From positions 2,208,001 through 2,272,000 of the forward strand of contig OY776215.1 in assembly GCA_963675495.1 (NCBI GenBank): 64,000 nt of DNA. The letters run 5' to 3'. The notes below the pieces were generated by a model. The model ran no database searches and was not told where the DNA came from. It saw nothing but the letters and a program-made list of their open reading frames with translations. The translations under genes and the position numbers were made by a program. Below, piece by piece: positions 59,934 through 64,000 of this stretch. How positions within the stretch are numbered: the first letter of the stretch is position 1; each line of letters opens with the position of its first letter. The DNA is from an uncultured Methanolobus sp. (GTDB lineage Archaea > Halobacteriota > Methanosarcinia > Methanosarcinales > Methanosarcinaceae).

Positions 59934-60860
59934 ATGTTAGTTTCTATAGTTATTTGTGCTTATGACATTAAACGTTTTTCAGATTTAGTTGATGCAATAA
60001 ACAGTTTATGTATGCAAACTTATCCTGAAATCGAAATAATTTGCATTGTTGATGGAACTTCTGATTTGTATTATTTAATCAAGCAGCATAAAACCGATCA
60101 TTTTCAAAATGTAAAGTTTTTCCTAAATGACAAAAACGTAGGCTTGTCTGAAAGTCGTAACAGGGGTGTTTCTCAGTCAACAGGTGATATTATAGCTTTT
60201 TTTGATGATGATGCTGTTGCAGATAAAAACTGGGTAAATGAACTTGTAAAAATGTATGTTGATTATGATGCGATAGCGTCTGGGGGAAAACTTGTTCCAA
60301 TGTGGGTTGACGGGAAAGCAAATTTCATTCCAGAGGAATTTTATTGGATGCTAGGAGCTACATATAAAGGATTTCCAGATGAGATTACAGAAGTCAGGAA
60401 CACATTTGGTTCAAATATCAGTTTTAAAAAAGAGATTCTAAATAAGTTTGACGGCTTTAAAGGTGAGATGGGTCTCAAAGGCAGTGGTTTCCTTCAAGGA
60501 GAAGAAACCGAAATTTGTGAGCGAATGAGACTTATTTTTGGTAAAGGGGTTATGTATAATCCAGAAGCCATAGTTCATCATAAAGTGTATAGTTATAGGA
60601 TGAAGTTGAAATTTTTAATAAGGAGAGCATTTTGGCAGGGTTATTCTAAAAGAATGATGGCTGAGATGGGTTACTCTGGAGATGTGGAAAGTAGTTATCT
60701 CAAAAACTTGCTGATAGAAGGCATTGGTGGCAGAATCAAAAATATAGGAAATATGGGATTGTTGGCAATAGTGCAAATTATCTTTTTGTTTCTATTCACT
60801 TTCACTGTTTTTGCTGGCTATATTTATCGTTTATTAATGCCAAAAGGTGAATCATTTTGA
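59934..60860 (+). CDS. GT2 glycosyltransferase (AglG-like)
   Basis: SIVICAY, GLSESRN, FFDDDA, GSNISF, EETE, RAFWQGYS. Confidence 0.88.
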   Translation: MLVSIVICAYDIKRFSDLVDAINSLCMQTYPEIEIICIVDGTSDLYYLIKQHKTDHFQNVKFFLNDKNVGLSESRNRGVSQSTGDIIAFFDDDAVADKNWVNELVKMYVDYDAIASGGKLVPMWVDGKANFIPEEFYWMLGATYKGFPDEITEVRNTFGSNISFKKEILNKFDGFKGEMGLKGSGFLQGEETEICERMRLIFGKGVMYNPEAIVHHKVYSYRMKLKFLIRRAFWQGYSKRMMAEMGYSGDVESSYLKNLLIEGIGGRIKNIGNMGLLAIVQIIFLFLFTFTVFAGYIYRLLMPKGESF

Positions 60861-60916
60861 GAAATATCAGCAGCATAATTTTACCTGAAATTGATTAAGT
60901 TGGAATTTGTGTAACT

Positions 60917-61984
60917 ATGGATGATATTGGTATCTTTTTGCCCACCATTTCTGGAATTGGTGGTGTTGAAAGAATAGCTTATATATTAGGCAGAGAGCTG
61001 GGTATTGATACATATACTTCAAGTGTTAACTGTGACCTCGAAACATATTTTCCTGGAATGGATAATCATGTTGTTACTATTTCTAAATCAAATAGTGATA
61101 AATCGTTGATCTCAATTGTAAAAGATTTTAAGCACTTGGAAACTGATGTCAAGTTAATGATTTATTTGTATCCTCGAAGTATCTATTTTAGTCACATTCG
61201 TAAGGATATTCCATATTTATATTATTTGGGAGGAATTCCGCATGAATATTATATGGACTCCACAGAATATAAACAATTTTTGGGAAGCAAAATTACATAC
61301 AGTGACTACCTAAACAAGTTCGTCTGGAAAAATGTTGTAAAGCAAATTGATCATAAAAGAGTTATTGCCAATAGCAAACTTATTTTTAATATTTATACCA
61401 ATATTATTGGTCATACTCCGGGAAGCCTTCTCTACCCTCCTATAGATACTAATAATTATAATAATCGTGATTCGGATGATTTTTATCTTTCTGTTGGACG
61501 TTTGGAGCCATATAAAAGAGTAGAATGGCAAATAAAAGCATTTGAGGGCTCAAAGGAACGATTAATAATTATCGGTAATGGTTCTCTTTATGATAAATAT
61601 TCAAAATATCTGAAAGACAACAAAATAGATAATATAAAAATATTGAATTCAGTAGGACAAGATGAATTAGTTGATTATTACTCTAGATCAAAGGCATTCG
61701 TTTTTACTTCCTACAATGAACATTTTGGATTAACTCCTCTGGAAGCTATGGCTTCAGGAAAACCTGTTCTATCGGTGCGTGAAGGTGGTCCTTTAGAATA
61801 CATACTTGATAATGTCAATGGCTTTTTCTTTGATGATATTTCTGGCTTAAAGACATTAATAGAGACACTGCCATATGAAAAGTTAAAAATGATGAAACAC
61901 GAATGTGAAGAAACTGCAAAGAAATTTGATACTTCCAAATTTATTGCGTGTTTCAGAGAACTAACTGCAGATTTTCTATCCTGA
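60917..61984 (+). CDS. GT4 glycosyltransferase
   Basis: GGVER, ANS, YPP, VGRLEPYKR, EHFGLTPLEAMASGKP. Confidence 0.9.
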   Translation: MDDIGIFLPTISGIGGVERIAYILGRELGIDTYTSSVNCDLETYFPGMDNHVVTISKSNSDKSLISIVKDFKHLETDVKLMIYLYPRSIYFSHIRKDIPYLYYLGGIPHEYYMDSTEYKQFLGSKITYSDYLNKFVWKNVVKQIDHKRVIANSKLIFNIYTNIIGHTPGSLLYPPIDTNNYNNRDSDDFYLSVGRLEPYKRVEWQIKAFEGSKERLIIIGNGSLYDKYSKYLKDNKIDNIKILNSVGQDELVDYYSRSKAFVFTSYNEHFGLTPLEAMASGKPVLSVREGGPLEYILDNVNGFFFDDISGLKTLIETLPYEKLKMMKHECEETAKKFDTSKFIACFRELTADFLS

Positions 61985-62025
61985 CTGGTTTAATAAAGGA
62001 TTTAAACTTTCCATGGGATGATTTC

Positions 62026-63552
62026 TTGAAAGCAAAATACAGCAGAGAAGAAATATTTGAACAAATAGACAGCAAATCAATATCATGGAAAGAATCACTG
62101 TTTTATGATTTGTATCCCCTTATAACAAAGGAGCCTATTTTTTCAAAGCTACCATATCTTTTAGCAATCAGAAAAAAGATTGGACCTTTTGATAGCATAT
62201 TGTACTACTTAAGAAATTCATTCCTTTTACCTTCACTTTTTATATGGAGTTTGATTGTTTCTCCATTTGAATCTCTTTATTATAGAGTAAAGTATCCATA
62301 CATGTCTAGGTTGAAATACCTTAAAAATGAAACATTTGATTATCTTTTTGTTCTTAATACTAAAGACCATATCATTACAGCTTTACCTGTAATAGAAAAT
62401 ATGGATCAATCGAAGAAGTGTTTGATTATCACTTTTAGAGATGTGTACAGTAAATACTTCTACGAATTCAATAAACTCCAAAATTCAAAAGTTATTTTTT
62501 TTGATTATGAATTAAAGAACATTCCATCAAAAAAATACCTCCAGATTATATCTGAATCAATCATCAAATACAATATTTTAAAATCATGTAATTTAGGTAA
62601 ATGGTGTTCCCAGTTGATTTTTCATGATAGGCATTTTATTAAATATCATTTGAAAACAGAATTGGTTCAATACAATTTATTTAAAAAAATCTACCAAATG
62701 TTTTCTCTTAAAGGATCTATTTCAATAGTGTTTACAACAGCATTTGAGGTATCAAAAGAGGAGAATATACCAACTTTTGTATTACAACATGGGATTGGGG
62801 CAAGAGGCCATGGACATCCATTTGTTTCAGATTACTGGTTTACTTTTGATGATATTTCAAAGGAACAGTTGAATGTGTGGCTTGATAACACAGTTACAAT
62901 TTATCCGTCCGGCCTGCCGAGGTTCGATTTTTTAAAACATAATCTTGCTTTTAAGAAAGATATAGGAGAATTCAATAAAAAAATTGGTGTAAAAGGATAT
63001 AAGCAAACTGTTACTTATATAGGTGGAGCTTTGGAGGGACATTTGACATTCGAGGCACTAAAAGCACTCAGGGAAAAATTACCAGAGTACGTGAATCTTA
63101 TAATTAAGGAACATCCTCGCGTTCCTTTGAGTATATTGAATTTCAAAAATGAAATGGGAAAAAGACTTGCTAATAGTGATTTAAATCATATTACATTCAT
63201 TAGAAATGAAATTGATTTTTATGATATACTATCAAATTCAGATGTCGTAATAAGCCGTGAATCAACAGGGATGCTAGAAGCTATTGCTGTTGGTATTCCT
63301 GTAATTCAGATAAATTTTTTACCTCAAAGCATAGCTCCTTCAAGTGATTTATCCTCTTATGGCTGGAAAGAACCTATCAATGATTCCGATAATTTAATTA
63401 AAGAAACAACATTGCTAATTAATGATAATAGTCATTATAAATATGTTATTCAACAACAAAAAACATTGCAAAAAAATATTTTCAAAAACTTCGGGCGCAC
63501 TGGCGAAGTAATTGCAAAATGTATTCGAGATTTATGTGAAAGTAATAACTAA
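62026..63552 (+). CDS. GT-B-fold surface-glycan biosynthesis protein (QHG/HP type)
   Basis: LQHG, G.PRFD, KEHPR, STGMLEAIAVGIP; probable TTG start at 62026. Confidence 0.65.
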   Translation: MKAKYSREEIFEQIDSKSISWKESLFYDLYPLITKEPIFSKLPYLLAIRKKIGPFDSILYYLRNSFLLPSLFIWSLIVSPFESLYYRVKYPYMSRLKYLKNETFDYLFVLNTKDHIITALPVIENMDQSKKCLIITFRDVYSKYFYEFNKLQNSKVIFFDYELKNIPSKKYLQIISESIIKYNILKSCNLGKWCSQLIFHDRHFIKYHLKTELVQYNLFKKIYQMFSLKGSISIVFTTAFEVSKEENIPTFVLQHGIGARGHGHPFVSDYWFTFDDISKEQLNVWLDNTVTIYPSGLPRFDFLKHNLAFKKDIGEFNKKIGVKGYKQTVTYIGGALEGHLTFEALKALREKLPEYVNLIIKEHPRVPLSILNFKNEMGKRLANSDLNHITFIRNEIDFYDILSNSDVVISRESTGMLEAIAVGIPVIQINFLPQSIAPSSDLSSYGWKEPINDSDNLIKETTLLINDNSHYKYVIQQQKTLQKNIFKNFGRTGEVIAKCIRDLCESNN

Positions 63553-64000
63553 AGACATCTTTGAAATATAGTTATATATAAATTAAGTAACCAGTTTGAA
63601 TAGATACTTTGTAGAATAAGAATTAATTGAATTCAACTTTGATCTAATAACATCAGTTCCTATTTTTATTTTATACAAGTAAAATCGTTTTAGTTTGATG
63701 TAATAATCTAACAACGTAAATAGAGCCCAATCTTATATTTATGAAGAGTGTTCCTGATTTATAATTTGGAACAAACACAATCATAACCTTTGTATTTTGG
63801 TAGAAAATAATACACAGGATATTTATTAGCTTTAAATCAAAATCCTAATAAATATAAAATAGATTTTCTACAAAGTCCTTATTTTAAAGTTGCATATATT
63901 ATGCAAGTTCTTCCCATTCCTAATTTTGCTAATGACTTATATATGTTTCTTCTAAGTTTGTCCTCAATATTTGTTTCGAATTTCATCCTTTTTTCATGGC

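Noticed and set aside
63553-64000. Possible minus-strand gene at the window end
   Set aside because: All three frames are interrupted by stops; only short AT-rich ORFs with no recognisable similarity

Overview
Archaeal chromosomal window whose gene content points to a Methanosarcinaceae methanogen, most like Methanococcoides/Methanolobus (inference from SepCysS, CofD, AksE/AksF, TRAM-fused aIF2beta, AglB). Most of it is housekeeping: translation (pscS, trpS, pheS, alaS, rpl10e, aIF2beta, dph2, tRNA-Pro), RNA and protein turnover (rpoL, csl4, PAN, SAMP) and cofactor synthesis (F420, Moco, B12, prFMN, coenzyme B). The right part holds a KaiC/GvpD-like ATPase plus two receiver genes with no kinase, an archaellum motor cluster (arlCDE-F-G-H-I-J) with no archaellin gene, and an AT-rich N-glycosylation island starting inside aglB. 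Features missing from the ORF track: (1) a two-hairpin box H/ACA-like sRNA with K-turns at ~36012-36200; (2) a 26-codon ORF whose stop lies in a long mRNA hairpin; (3) a 676-bp transposase-free element with 12-bp terminal inverted repeats carrying one methyltransferase gene, inserted in a terminator; (4) an amber codon joining arlI and arlJ in frame; (5) a probable ATT-initiated basic extension of Csl4; (6) a compositional mosaic within aglB. No CRISPR array, rRNA, integrase or transposase was seen. Family assignments come from recalled motifs, not database searches.
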